Origin: Chiloscyllium plagiosum
Taxonomy: Eukaryota
Length of the DNA: 64,000 nt
Assembly (NCBI RefSeq): GCF_004010195.1
Contig: NC_057718.1
Coordinates: 102,068,059 to 102,132,058, forward strand
Direction: 5' to 3'
Shown here: positions 24,801-38,453 of the stretch, in pieces
Layout: each line of letters starts with the position of its first letter
Numbering within the stretch: the stretch's first letter is position 1
Notes under the pieces: generated by a model
Seen by the model: the letters and a program-made list of their open reading frames with translations, nothing else
The model's database searches: none
What the model was told of the DNA's origin: nothing
Program-made: the position numbers and the translations under genes

Positions 24801-25047
24801 ACATGTGGGTTTCCTCCAGGGGCTCCAGTTTCCTCCCACATTCCAAAGATGTGCAGGTTAGGGTGGATTGGCCATGCTAAATTGCCTATAGTGTTCAGGA
24901 ATGTGCAGGTTAGGTGGATTAGCCATAGGAAATGCATGGTTACAGGGATAGGGTAGGGAGTGTCGGTCTGGGTGGGGTACTGCTTGGAGGGTTGGTATGG
25001 ACTCGATGGGCCAAACGGCCTATTTCCACACTATAGGCATTCTATGA
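24801..25047 (+). mobile_element. HE1-type SINE lacking its 5' tRNA head
   Basis: GTGGGTTTCCTCCAGGGGCTCCAGTTTCCTCCCACA...GATGTGCAGGTTAGG...TGGCCATGCTAAATTGCC. Confidence 0.9.
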
Positions 25048-25904
25048 TAATGCCCAGATAATCTGATTTTGTGGTGTTAGATTGAGGGACAATTATTTGG
25101 CTGAGACACTAGGAATATCCACTGTTCATTTTCAAAAGAGTGCCATGGACTCTTTTACATTCTCTGGAGAGTGTTGACAGGACCTCCCTCTCACATCTCA
25201 TCTGAAAGACATCGCCTCTGACAGCGCAGTATCTCAGTTCCTATGAAAGAAGTCACTAGTAAGAAAGAGGGGACTTGATATTGTGGATACAGGAGGAAGG
25301 TTTCCTCTTGTGGGAGGCACCAGTGGAAGAACTTGAAGAGGACTAGGGGACACGGTTTAAGAGGGAAACGAAGAGAATGTTTCTTTTTCAGGGAGTTATT
25401 AATCAGTGGAATGTTGTTCCTAGAATGCAGTGCTTCATTGAGCTTATTCAGGGTTGGGTTGGACAAATGTTTACCAGATACGGAAGTTAAGGGCTGTGGA
25501 GGGACAAACTAGAAAGTGGAGTTGAGACCGCAAGCAGATGAGCCCACTATCTTATAGAATTGTCATGATGGGTTGAATGGCCTCATCCAGCTCCTATGTT
25601 CCAAGTATGATATTAGTTATTAAATAATACAAACAGCAAAGAAACTGTCAGGATCCCTAAAGAGTTGAAATGTTGGGAGGTGGTGGATGGGGAGAGTGGA
25701 GAGGATGGAGGTGTAATTTCTCTGAACTTGAGTCTCTATACTGGATGGTGTCAGGGACCAGGTTGGATGTTTGTTCTGCTGCATGCTTTGAGATCATTCT
25801 AATAGTCACACTTTTTAGAGAGCTTCGTTTGTCTTATTTTTAGTTAGGTGTGATAAATTTTGTGTTCTGTTCTTAAAGAAAATCTGCAGCCTCTCATGAG
25901 TATG

Positions 25905-26470
25905 TCATAGAGTCCCACAGCACAGAAACAGGCCTTTTGGTCCAAACTGGTCCATGTCAACCAAAATGTCCATCCACACTAACCCCAGTTCCCTGCACTT
26001 GCCCCATATCCCTCTAAACCTTTCCTATCCATGTATTTGTCCAAATGCCTTTTAAATGTTGTAAATGTACCCGCCTCAATCACTTCCGCTGGCAGCTGTG
26101 ATTAGATTAGATTACATTACTCATCCCATATGCGTACCACACTTTGTGTAAAAAAAGTTGCCCCTCAGATTCCCTTTTATTCTTTCCCATCTAACCTTAA
26201 ACTGATGCCCTCCAGTCCTCAATTCCCCAACTCCCGGAAAAAGGCTGAATGCATTCACCCTAACCATGCCTCTCATGATCTTATACACCTCTATAAGGTC
26301 CCCTCTCAGTATCTTACCCTCTAAAGAAAAAAGTCCTAGCTTATCCAACCTCTCCCGATAACTCAGGCCATTGAGTCCTGACAACGTCCTTGTAAATTTC
26401 TTCTGAACTCTTTCCAGGTTAATAACATCCTTCCTATAGCAAGGTGACCAAAACTGAACACAATACTTAG
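25905..26470 (-). mobile_element. CR1 3' fragment
   Basis: ORF 26121..26537 includes YCVQFWSPCYRKDVINLERVQKKFTR...LRGDLIEVYKIMRG. Confidence 0.9.
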
Positions 26471-27044
26471 TCACTAACTGCCGCATTGACTCACTAAACA
26501 ACAGAGAACACATATGATCTATCAAGGCAGATTTCACTCTGCAATCTGACTTGTCCAGTTGTACTAACAGCTAGGATCATAGCAGTAGCCATGTGAAAAG
26601 TCTCTGCTAGGATGTTGGAATGAGTATAGCTCAGAGTATGCTGTTCTGTAGCCACGCCATGTACTTCTTGTTTAAAGGAAACTGAGCTGTTTGGTCTGAG
26701 CTTGCACATAGATCCAAAGAATCCACAGTAAAACTCCATTCTTTCTAAATCTGAGGAGTGCTCCTGTCTTCCCATGAGCAATACCATAGGAGGTGGAATT
26801 GCAAACTAAATAAAAAAGCCAGCATGAGGCCTTGGAGGAGGGTGAAACAAATTACATGATCAAGTAGGTCAGTCCTTTTTATTCTTAATACTTAAATAGT
26901 AATTTACTAAAGAGGTGATTTACAAAGATGTTGCCCAGTCTGTAAAAATGCCCAGCTCTGAGAAAAAGGTGGGTTGTCTGGGGTTGTTCTCTCTGGAGCA
27001 CGGGAGCTGGTGTGGGTCAGGAAGATGGGAGGGAGATTTGATTG

Positions 27045-27672
27045 AGGGGTACAAGATTGAGTTGGAATGTAAAAGCAGCGATGTGCTACTGAGAATTTAT
27101 AAAGCTCTGGTTGGGCCCCATTTAGAATACTGTGTCCAGTTTTGGGCCCCACATCTCAAGGAGGACATAGTGGCACTGGAGCATGTCCAACAGGGATTCA
27201 CACGGATGATCCCTGGAATGGTAGGCCTGACATACGATAACGGCTGAGGATCCTGGGATTGTCTTCATTAGAGTTTAGAAGGTTGAGGGAGATCTAATGG
27301 GAACTTTCAAGATAATTCATGGCTTAGAAAGGGCGGGCGCTGGGAATTTGTTTCCGTTAGGTGGGGATACTAGGACCTGTGTGCACAGCCTTAGAATTAG
27401 TGGGGGTCAATTTAGAACGGAAATGAGGAGACATTTCTTCAGCCAGAGAGTGGTGGGCCTGTGAAATTCATTGCCACGAAGTGCAGTGGAGGCCGGGACG
27501 TTAAATGTCTTCAGGGTAGAGATTGATAAATTCTTAACCTCACAAGGAATTAAGGGCTACGGGGAGAGTGCGGGTAAATGGCATTGAAATGCCCATCAGC
27601 CATGATTGAATGGCAGAGTGGACTCGATGGGCTGAATGGCCTTACTTCCATTCCTATGTCTTATGGTCTTAT
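27045..27672 (+). mobile_element. CR1 3' fragment nested in an older CR1 remnant
   Basis: LLRIYKALVGPHLEYCVQFWAPHL; tail TCTTATGGTCTTATGG. Confidence 0.9.
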
Positions 27673-27896
27673 GGTGCTAAGATTCACCGGGGCTTGCATT
27701 GAGTAGATGCAAAGGGCCAATGTATTAAGCAGAGAAGCCAGTGACTGGGGGCATAGATTTAAAGTGATCTGCAGAAACGTTAGAGGACAGTGAGGGTGAT
27801 AGGGGTCTGGAACACACTGCCTGAAAGGCAGAAATCTTTGATTCACTTACAAGGGGTGCAGGATCTGCACCTTAAGTGTTGTAACCTGCAGACTAC

Positions 27897-28932
27897 AGAA
27901 ATTGGGTACAAAACTGGTCTGACAGTAGGAGACAGAAGGAGGTGGTGGAAGGTTGTTTTTCAGACTGGAGGCCTGTGACCAGTGAAGTGCCGCAAGGATT
28001 GGTGCTGGGTCCACTGTTGTCCGTCATTTATAGAAATGACATGGATGAGAACATAGGGGGCATGTGGATGACACCAAAATGGGTGGTGTAGTGGACAGTG
28101 AAGAAAGCTGTCTAAGAGTACAATGGGATCTTGGCCAGATGGCTAAGGAGTTTAATTCAGATAAATGTGAGGTATTTTGGTAATGCAAACCAGGGTAGGA
28201 CTTACACAGTTAATGGTAGGGAACAGAGAGACCTAGGGGTGCAGGTTCATATTTCCTAGAAAGTGGTGTCACAAGTAGACAGGGAGTTGAAGAAGGTGTT
28301 TGGCACACTAGCCTTCATCAGTCACAGCATTCATTACAGGAGTTGAGACGTCATGTTACAGATGTACAAGACATTGGTCAGGCCACATTTAGAGTACGGC
28401 ATGCATTTCTAATTACCCTGCTATAGGAAGGATGTTATTAAACTGGAAAAGGTGCAAAAAAGATTTACAAGGATGTTACTGAGACTGGAGGGTTTGGGTT
28501 ATAACAAGAGGGTGGATAGGCTAGGACATTTTTAACCTGGCACGTCAGAGGCTGAGGGATGACCTTATAGAGGTTTATAAAATCATGAGGGGCATGGATA
28601 GGGTAAATATTAAGGTCTTTTCCCTGGAGTGGAGGAGTCTAAAACCAGCAGGCATAGGTTTAAGATAAGGAGGAAAGACTTAGACGGGACCTACAGAGCA
28701 ACTTTTTCACACAGAGGGTGGTGCATGTGTGGAATGAGCTGCCAGAGGGAGTGGTAGAGGTGGGCACAATTACAACATTTCAAAGACGTTTAGACAGGTA
28801 AATGGCTAGGAAAAGGTTTAGAGGGATATGGGCCAAATGGAGGCAAATGGGACTAGTTCAGTTTAGGAAACCTGGTCAGCATGGACGAGTTGGGCCGAAG
28901 GGTCTGTTTCTGTGCTGTATGACTCTATGACT
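27897..28932 (+). mobile_element. CR1 RT-to-3' fragment
   Basis: [40 protein letters not shown] tail. Confidence 0.9.
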
Positions 28933-30559
28933 AAATGCTGTACAGTGGGACTGGACTGGGTGGATTATACTGTGGCCAGCTCAGACACAATGGGTCAGTG
29001 ACCTCTTTGTGTGCCACAAATGCCTTACAATTCTAATGTAAAGAATATTAATATAAGTGTCTACCCTGATGTCTAAAATTGAAAATGCAATAGTTCACAT
29101 TAAGATATAGTCATGTTTTAATCATTTTAAATTAAGAAAATAAATTGAGGAGGGCTTTTATTTCTTTATTAGATGCCTGTGTCAGTGAATTACTTTTATT
29201 TTTCATAAGTATGTATGGCACAGCATTTGCAGGATAGTTAATGTAAATGCTACATTTCCAAGAGGATTTATGGGAGATTGATATTTCCATAACCTTTGTT
29301 TCATCTTCCATCAGTCTATTTTTGGGATTAAAGCTGTTGGCTTTATTCAGCCCACTGTGATCTTCTCATTTGTTTAGAACAGACAGGGTTTATACAAAGT
29401 GCTACAATTAATCAATCTCACACCGTGTTGCGAACGAGGAGTGAAGACCACATATTGTCTTCAGGTGAAGAGGGGGTTTGGAAGGACAGGAATAATTGGA
29501 CATGTGCATTTGTAATCAACCATGTTATTTATGTGGATATAATTCACGTCAAAGGCACATGTACTGTGCTTTGCTTTGCACTATGCTTCTCTGGTCAGCG
29601 AACAACCCCTCTTTCTCCAGTGTCTCACACAGCTAATACGTTTGATGCCTGACACTGTCCCAGTAAATCCCCTCTGCAGTCTTCTCCTGGGCAGCATTCC
29701 CTGATCCTTTCCCTCCATGTCATTGTGAAACAGAAGCCAGAGGGTGAAGGGAGAACTGGAAGCAGCTGTAATAAAGCAGGTTTGTTTTACCTCTTTCAAT
29801 GCATCACTGGCAAAGTCGGCATCCTAATTGCCCCTGAACTGAGAAAATTGCAGGGTTCTTTTCTCCAGAGGGCAGTTAAGAGTTAACCACGACACTGCAG
29901 GTCTGGACCAAATCCAAAGTAGTGTAGGTTGGTGTGGATTGGCCATGCTAAATTGCCCCATAGTGTCCAGGGATGTACGGGCTAGGTGGATTAGCCATGG
30001 GAAATGCAAGGTTACAGAGATATGGTAGGGGGACACGTCTGGGTCGAATGCTCTTCGGAGGAGCGGTGTGGACATGATGGGCCAAATGGCCTACTTCCAC
30101 AGCCCAGGGATTCTGTGATTCTAAGTAAGATTGTAGCAGATTTCCTTCCTCCGAGCAAATTAGTGAACCAGATGCCTTTTTACAACCACGGTCACCGTCA
30201 CTGAGACTGGTTTTCAAATCCAGATTTATTAATTGAATTTAAATTGCCAGTGTGGGATGTGAACCCAGAGCTTTACCCTGGATTGCCAGCCCATTGACAT
30301 TACCACCACACCATCATCACCCCAACATCACTAAGGAACAAAGTTGACCGGAAAGGGAAATAGATTTGGACAACTTCCGTCTGGCAAAGACAGTGAGTTG
30401 TTTTACTGATTTTGTTCACTTCATGCAGACCCATCATGACAGAATGTGATATTTTCCAATAAAGAGGATTAGGTGTCTTATATTTAATTGATTGATTTAG
30501 ATTTTCCCTCTTAACACTCCATTCTCGAATCTATTATTAAACTTATCTTTTGGATCATT

Positions 30560-31780
30560 ACAACACAGAAGGAGGACATTTGGCCCATCATGTCCAATCC
30601 AAATCCACAAAGATCTGACAGCATGAATGCCATTCTCCTGCTCTTGGTCCATTGCCCTGGAGGCTGTGGAAAAGCAAGTGACTATCTAAATGCAGTCTAA
30701 ATGCTGTGAGAATTTCTGACTCAACCCCTCTTTCAGGCAATAAGTTCCTAACTCCTATCACCTCCTGAGAAAAAATTCTCCTGAATGTTCTAGTTAGTCA
30801 TCTACCTCTTACCTTAAATCCATACCTGCTGCTTATTGAACTCTCTGCTTTGGAGCAAGTATCTCCCTATCCATCCCATCTCTGCCCCTCATAATCTTAT
30901 ACATCCCTAGCAGGTCCTCCCTCAACCTTTGCTACTCTAAGGAAAACTACCCAGCCTGTCCAATCTTTCCTCATAGCTTAGACCTTCTAGCCCAGGCAAC
31001 ATCCTGGTAAATCTCCTCTAAACCCTCTCGAGTGCAATCGCATCCTTCCTATAATGTGATGATCAGAATTGCACACCAGTTTCAGGCAAACCAGCATCTT
31101 GTACAACTCCAGCATAATCACCTTGCTTTTCATAGAACCTTACCATAGAATCCCCACTGTGTGCAGACAGGCCATCTGACCCAACAAGGGCACACTGACC
31201 CTCTGAAGAGTATCTCACCCAGACTCATTCCACTACCCTATTATTCTACATTTACCCCGATTAATAAACCTAGCCTACACATCCCTGAACACTATTGGCA
31301 ATTTCCCAAGGCCAATCCACCTAACCTGCACATCTTCGGACTGTGGGAGGAAACCCACACAAACTCAGGGAGAATGTACAAATTCCACGCAGCCACCCAA
31401 GGCTGGAATTGTATCTGGGTCCTGGCGCTGTAAGGCAGCAGTGCTAGCCACTGAGCTTCTGCCCATCCCCCCTTTTATTTTCATTGCCTCAGCTAATAAC
31501 GGCACAAATCCCAATTCCCTTCGTAACCACCTTATCCACTTACCCTGCTACCTTCAGGGATCTGTGGATAGCACACCAATGTTCCTCTGATCTTCAGTAC
31601 TTTTTAAGGCCCTAACGTACATATTGTAATCCCTTGCCTTATTCGTTCTGACTAACTGCAATACCTCACACTTTCCACCTGACCAGTCCATTGCCATTGT
31701 CCTGCAGTTTACAGCTAACCTCCTCACTCTTTACCACCTGAAAAACTGTCATGCAAACTTTCCAAGCAACCTCCTACATT
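30560..31780 (-). mobile_element. old CR1 fragment interrupted by an HE1 SINE (31146-31465, minus)
   Basis: CR1 3' motifs on both sides (GGCAACATCCTGGTAAATCT; CCTTATCCACTTACCCTGC) with the SINE body in between. Confidence 0.8.
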
Positions 31781-31929
31781 TAAGTACTAAGTATTAAATA
31801 CTTAATTAAAATGAAGTGTAATATTTATCTTCAAAATCGTTTATCTAAAAGCATGTAAGAAAGAAATCGCCTACTTTTGTGAAGAATAAAGTTGATATCT
31901 GTTTTAAAGTTTGATTATGGATAAATATG

Positions 31930-32125
31930 GAGAAGATGAGGACTACAAATTCTGGAGAGTCAGAGTTGATGCAGTGTGATGCTGGAAAAGCACAACAGGT
32001 CAGGCAGCATCAGGGAACAGCAGAGTCAGGTCCTGATGAAGGGTCCTGCTGAAACGTCAACTCTCCTGCTTCTCAGATGCTGCCTGACTTGCTGTGCTTT
32101 TTCCAGCACCACACTCTATCGACTC
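31930..32125. mobile_element. Penelope pseudo-LTR-derived fold-back mini-element
   Basis: Arms GTGTGATGCTGGAAAAGCACAACAGGTCAGGCAGCATC and GATGCTGCCTGACTTGCTGTGCTTTTTCCAGCACCACAC flank CCTGATGAAGGGTCCTGCTGAAACGTC. Confidence 0.8.
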
Positions 32126-32281
32126 TTATGGATAAGCATGAATGAATACATATTAAAAAGGAACCCTCATGATCCAAACCAACTTGTGCTACATCTGAAT
32201 AATAACAAACACTAAAAAAAATTATTCACCAACAGTAACTGAACTGTACAACATCCATTCCATATGCTGTGTATCTCTTAC

Positions 32282-32406
32282 TTGTTTAGTGCTGTCACTG
32301 CTATCAGTCCTCTGTTTCAGCTCCAAAGTCTTGGAAATTAGATTGTGACCCAAAGTTAGGTTGAGTCTCGGTGTTAGATATTCGGGGAAACCACGCTCAG
32401 TGTATC
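32282..32406 (-). CDS. coding exon 5 of the minus-strand gene ((G)YTERGFPEYLTPRLNLTLGHNLISKTLELKQRTDSSDSTKQ)
   Basis: Acceptor cttcatttcaaatctgtctcag|G, donor CAA|GTAAGA, 125 nt. Only one frame is open (phase 1 to 0). Confidence 0.6.
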
Positions 32407-32547
32407 CTGAGACAGATTTGAAATGAAGCAAGTGTGAAGAATCTGAAAGGCAAGATTAGCTATCAATCTGAGATCATTTATATCGTTTGGTCATTGACTT
32501 CAGGCAACACAGTTTCTCTATATTCAAAAATCCACTACTTTTTTTTT

Positions 32548-32857
32548 AGATTACTTACAGTGTGGAAACAGGCCCTTCGGCCCAACAAGTCCACACCGAC
32601 CCGCCGAAGCGCAACCCACCCATTCCCCTACATTTACCCCTTTTACCTAACGCTACGGGCAATTTAGCATGGCCAATTCACCTGACCTGCACATCTTTGG
32701 ACTGTGGGAGGAAACCGGAGCACCCGGAGGAAACCCACGCAGACACGGGGAGAATGTGCAAACTCCACACAGTCAGTCGCCTGAGTCGGGAATTGAACCC
32801 GGGTCTCTGGCGCTGTGAGGCAGCAGTACTAACCACTGTGCCACCGTGCCGCCCACA
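32548..32857 (-). mobile_element. young full-length HE1-type SINE
   Basis: Intact A box TGGCACAGTGG and B box GGTTCAATTCC on the minus strand; highly similar to 39925-40232. Confidence 0.95.
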
Positions 32858-33734
32858 AATAATTACTCTGTAATTATCCTTCTGCGAACACAAGCCTTTC
32901 AATTAAATTCTTGAAGCTTCCACGGAACGCGACCTGCCATTCATTCCCAAGGAACCAAGTAAAGCTAGATCTTTACCTCAGGTGAAAATTGATAAAAACA
33001 CAGCTGGACATTTCTGTCTCCATTTCCAAGAAAGGTTCAGGCTCTCAGTTAATGTTCAAAATTATTGAATGCTTACGTGATTACAAGGAAGAAAGTACAT
33101 CTATTGGTGCTCACTGGCTCCCTTCCACCCCACGTGACCGTTTAGAAGACCCTCCCTAAATTTCTCATCACCATAATTTTTTATCCATCTTCAAGAGGCT
33201 GGAAACTCTTCCGTGCACACACAGGTTACCTTTCTTCTTACCTGGCTTGGAGTTTTCATTTCTCCAGTTTCTAAAGCAACTTGGAGTGTTTATTACCTAA
33301 TGCCACAATGTGGATGTAGGCTGTTTATGTAGGTTGTGAGATGCATTTGCAATAATTGGACACAAGAGAAAAGAAGCACTGAAGGTTTTCAGCCGGACAA
33401 CTGAGAAACTCTTAGATTGTATGAAACAAGTGGCAAACACTGTCTTCAACCTTTTAAAAACAGTGGTGTGCGTATGTTCTCTGTGGCCCATTGCAACATA
33501 CTTCTACCTCCTGAATCATAGATCAGATAGAGCACAGAAGGAGGCCATTCAGTCTACTGGGTATGTGTTGGCTCTGTGTAAAAGAAACTCATCTAATCCC
33601 CCTCTCCAACCCTTTCCCCACAGACCTGCACATAAATTCTGTTCAGATGATTATCCAATTCTCTTTTGAAATCTAGAACTGAACCTCACACCATTACAGT
33701 TCTCAAACAAATCATTCCAGATCCTGACCACCGG

Positions 33735-34430
33735 AAATGGAGTCCCACGTAAATTGGCCATGGGTGGTGGGAAGGTATTTGGCACACTTACCTTTATTGG
33801 TCAGAGTACTAGTACAGGAGTTGGGAGGTCATGTTGCGGCTGTACAGGACATTGGTTAGGCCACTGTTGGAATATTGCATGCAAATCTGGGCTCCCTCCT
33901 GTAGGAAGGATGCTGTGAAACTCGAAATGGTTCAGAAAAGATTTGCAAGGATGTTGCCAGGGTTGGAGAGTTTGAGCCATAGGGAGGGGCTGAATAGGCT
34001 GGGCCTATTTTCCCTGGAACATCAGAGACTGAGGGATGACTTCATAGACTTTATATATGACTTCAGATAAAATCATGAGGAGCATGGATAAGGTGCACAA
34101 CCAAGGTCTTTTTCCCAGGATTGGGGTTTCCAAAACTAGAGGTCATAAGTTTAGGGTGAGAGGGGAAAGATTTAAAAGAGACTGAAGGGCAATGTTTTCT
34201 TTCAGAGGGTGATGTGTGTATGGAGGAATGAACTGCCAAAGAAAGTGGTGGAGGCTGGTACAATGACAACATTTAAAAGGTATCAGGATGGATACATGAA
34301 TAGGAAGGGTTTAGGTGGATATGGACCAAATGCTGGCAAATGAGTCTAGATCAGTTTAAAATATCTGGTCAGCATGGATGAGTTGGAAGGGTCTGTTTCT
34401 GTGCTGTATAACTCGATGGGTCTATGACTC
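33735..34430 (+). mobile_element. CR1 3' fragment
   Basis: MLRLYRTLVRPLLEYCMQIWAPSCRKDAVKLEMVQKRFARMLPG. Confidence 0.9.
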
Positions 34431-34890
34431 ACTGTGTGAAGAGCTTCTCCTCATGCTGTTTCACTTGTCAATCAGCAATCTCAGCTATTCAACACTTTGA
34501 CAAAAACAGTTTCTCTGTAAATGCTATAAAGCGGGGGCAGGAGTGGTGGGATCGGGGTGTTTGCTTGCATGAATCATTAAAAGGACAGATTGATAGAGCA
34601 GTATCCAAGCCTTTATAAATAGAGGCAGTCCAAGAGCAATGAGGCAATGTTAATCTTAAATATATTACTAATTTCACCTCAGCTGGAGTATTTGGGGAAT
34701 AAGACAAGGTAGTCATAATGTCACGACTAGTACTGCAGATGCCCAGGCTTAAATTCTTCCAGTATGGTTTTGAATCCTACATAGACTACTGCTGGGATTA
34801 AAATTCAATTAATAAATCCATAATTAAAAGTTAGTCTCAGTAACATTCAACGATAGTTTTATAGTCATTGTTGTAAACAGTAATGTTTGC

Positions 34891-35166
34891 TGTGATATCG
34901 CATTTATCTCTGATCTCACCAGCATAGATCTTTATGAGAGTTATGTTATGATATGCCTGTATATAAAAGGATCAGCCCCACCTTGATTGGCTGCTCCTGT
35001 ACTTTGTAATTCAGCAGAAAAGGTAGCCAATCACGTGAGCCCAGACTATAGCAATGGCTGTGATAAAATTATTCGATATTTAATTGCACTATGAATGAAT
35101 CTTCTGATACCTGTTCTCAGTAAAGACTCCAGTCTCTATATTCAGGGAACCAGGGTTAACATAACA
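34891..35166 (+). mobile_element. probable short solo LTR
   Basis: TG...CA ends (TGTGATA...CATAACA), flanks TTGC/TTGT (3/4 TSD-like), internal TATATAAAAGG, GATTGG/CCAATC boxes and AGTAAA. Sits inside a SINE remnant. Confidence 0.5.
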
Positions 35167-36293
35167 TTGTGTCTCCAGACATTACATCAATGTCCTTGAG
35201 GTCTGGTCTCCATGTGACTCCAGATGTGTGGCAATGGCATTGATTCTTCACTGCCCTCTGAAATGGCCGAACATGCCACTCAGTTGAAGGGCAATTAGAA
35301 TTGAGTGACAAATACTGGGCTTGCCAACGACTCCCATTTGCAGGAAAGTATAAAGAGAGGAAAGGTGCTGGGCTCCACACTGTGCAAGTCATTGAAGAAA
35401 GTGCAGTAAAAGGTTCACATGAGTGGTTCCAGGGATGAAGAATTTCCATTTCAAAGACAGGTTAGATTGGCTGGCACTGTTTTCCTTAGAGAATGGAAAG
35501 GTGGGAGGAAATCAGATTGAAGTGATTAAAATCATGACGGTTCTGGAGAGGAGAAATAGGGCCAAACTGTTCCCACTGATGAAAGAGAGAGCACAAATTT
35601 AAAGCAATAAGCAAAAGACACAGAACTGAAAGGAGGGAGAGTGGTTAGGATCTGGAATACACTGTGTGGTAGAGGCAGGTTCAATCACAGCACTCAAGAG
35701 GCAATTGGAATTTCCATCTGAAAATGAAGATAACAGGGAGAAAGGGAGGATAACAGGGAGAAAGCAGGGGAGCAGCACTCCCTGAGATGATCATTCAGAG
35801 AGCTAGTGCCATTGTGATGGGCCAAATGGCCTACATTTGCTCTAGAATAATTCTGCGAACCCATGAAACGTGATCTAGGCCCCTCATGGTTACAGGCACC
35901 CAAACAAATCTAATTTTCATCTGCTCCTGGGATGTAGGTGTCATTGTCTAAGCCAGCAACCTACTCAACCAATTTCAATTTGTCAATTAAAAATGAAATC
36001 TGCACTTTCCTTGATAATTGAAGTCAGCAGCAGTTTAAATCCCGCTATGTTAGTTGGTGGAATTTAATTTCTACTCTCAAAAATGATACATCAGTTATTG
36101 CAAACGTCTTAACTGTTAACTACCCTCTGCCAAGCAAAGCACTCAATTCGAGGGGCAATTAGGGATGGGCAACACATGCCAGCCTTGCCAGTGACACCCA
36201 CATCCCATAAAAGAATAAGATAAAAATGCCAGCATGTTTTGTCTTTGAAAACATGGCGGTGAGATGCTTCCTTTGATAAAACTGAGTGTCTTG

Positions 36294-36954
36294 TGTTATG
36301 GGCCGGACCAAACAAGACTCAAAATATATTCAGAAGGTAATCTTGACACCAACTTTTTCTTATTTTCAAGGTATAGGAGAGGTATTGCATGCCAGGTGCA
36401 ATTCGACTGATCAAACTACTCAACGTTTCGCAGAACACACTTTATTTATATACTGGAGTTAAAATAGAAAACAAAAGAAAAAATTGCAATAATTTAACTA
36501 TTGGAAAGCTCAACAGAATAGTAGATTATTTGACTGCTAAACAGTATCTGTTCCAATATAGCAAGATCCCATTAGAACGCCCTTGGGAAAAAGGCAAATT
36601 CAGTAAAATAGATCATCTCACGGGTAAATTCTCTAGCCCAGGAGAAAAAAAAAATCAAGAGAAAACTCTGAGAGAGTGAAGCATCAGGGAGAGATGTACT
36701 GCAGCTTCCAAACCTAACTTCAAGACCCCAGCAACTGCCAGAAAAAAACTGGAACTAAAAATCCTGGTTCTATGGGAGCTTGCCCCACCCATCCAGGATG
36801 CTTCTATTGTTCCTACCTCAGAAAGAAAAACAAGGCCTCACAAGATGTTTACCTTATGGGCTTTCAATAGCTAGCTTGGCGCCTTTACCTTAAAACCTCT
36901 CTTCAAGAAAAACCCGGGACCAAATTCCCCTCTCAAAGCCATAGTGTCGTCACA
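36294..36954. mobile_element. possible solo LTR
   Basis: TGTTATG...CGTCACA ends and a minus-strand AATAAA near 36440; TSD not convincing. Confidence 0.35.
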
Positions 36955-38453
36955 CTGACTGGTACATTTCAGAGGGCAGTTGTCTGTCAACCACATTGCT
37001 ATGGATCCGGAGTCACAGACCGGATAAGGGTGGCAGATTACTTTCCCACAAGGACATTGATGGCCCAAATGGTTTTATACAACGATCAGGTGATTTCATG
37101 CAGTGTCTTTGGAAGGGCCTTCTTTTGATTGAGGTGTGAAGTGCGATGGCGGCTCTGGCATATAAAGAGAGACCGAATCAGTTCATTGAGCAATTAATTA
37201 ATTAATTAATTGCAAATCCACCATTGGAGAAGTACAATAGTGGCTCTCACATGAAATGTCCATGCTCTGTAAAAAGCACCATCTATCCATCTATTCATAA
37301 ACAGTACCACAGCACAGCCATGGTATTCCAGACACCAGGACTCGGCAAACAGAGGAGGAAGAAGACAGCAGGAGAGACAGAGGAGAAAGGCTGGAGAGAT
37401 TAGAAGAACATTCCAAAATGGAAATCTAGTGTGAACATTGAGAGATTACATTTTAAATGATTGTTTTATCATATAAGTGGACTTGTATTTATTCGAACAG
37501 CGTCCTATTAGATTCTTGTTTTATTCAGAAATAGGTCATTAGAGAGAAATTACTCGGTTTGTTAGTGATCTATTTGCTCCCTGTTCAGTTGACTATATTC
37601 CCTGGCGTTTAGAAGAACGAGGGTGGGCTCTCATAGAAACCTATGAAATTCGAACAGGACTGGTCAGGATAAACGCAGGAAGAATGTTCCTGGTGACCGG
37701 GGAGTCCAGAACCAGGGGTCACAGCCTGAGGAACAAGAACAGAAATTGCTGGAAAAGCTCAACAGGTCTGACAGCATCTGTAGATAAAAAGCAGAGGTGT
37801 TGTTTCAGGTCAAGCGACCCTTCCTTAGAACGTCTCCGAGAGTGGCGAGCCTGTGGACTTCACTACCTCAGTAAGTGGAGGAGGCCAAAATATTGGATGT
37901 TTACAAGAAAGGTGTAGATATGGTTCTTTGGGTTAAACGGACCAAAAGGTATGGGGAGAAAGCAGGAACAGGGGAGTGAGTTAGATGATCGTACTGAACG
38001 ATAGAGCAGGTTTGAAGGACCGAATGGCTAGTCCTACCCTGGTTTTCTATTTTTCTTCTAAACTGAGATGCCCCTCAGATGTTGGGATTAAATAAACGCT
38101 AATTGCTTTCTTCCTTTACAGAGTCAGTCGCTGTCAAGCTGATTTTCAGTGTAGGTATCAAACTATTCACGTGTTTCCAATGACCACCTTTTAAATAGAA
38201 TACCAGCCTCGAATCACATTAGTCTGGAGTGTGACCACAATCACAATACACAAGCGAGATACTGTTATCTGTTGTCCAGATAATCTGGACTGCTGCTGCA
38301 ACGCAGGAGAGGAGGGAGTGCCATAGAAGAATGGGAGATAGCAGCGCTATCTGCCCTGGTTCACGTGCATATAGGAGACCTTGTGACCTAAACTGAAGAG
38401 GAGCATGGCATTGTCACAACAACCCAACCCAAGATTCTTCGCACAATCCTATT

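Noticed and set aside
24254..24880. Repetitive proteins (MVIPH, HGNPT, GLPC repeats)
   Set aside because: Open frames on both strands are expected from a stop-poor 15-bp repeat.
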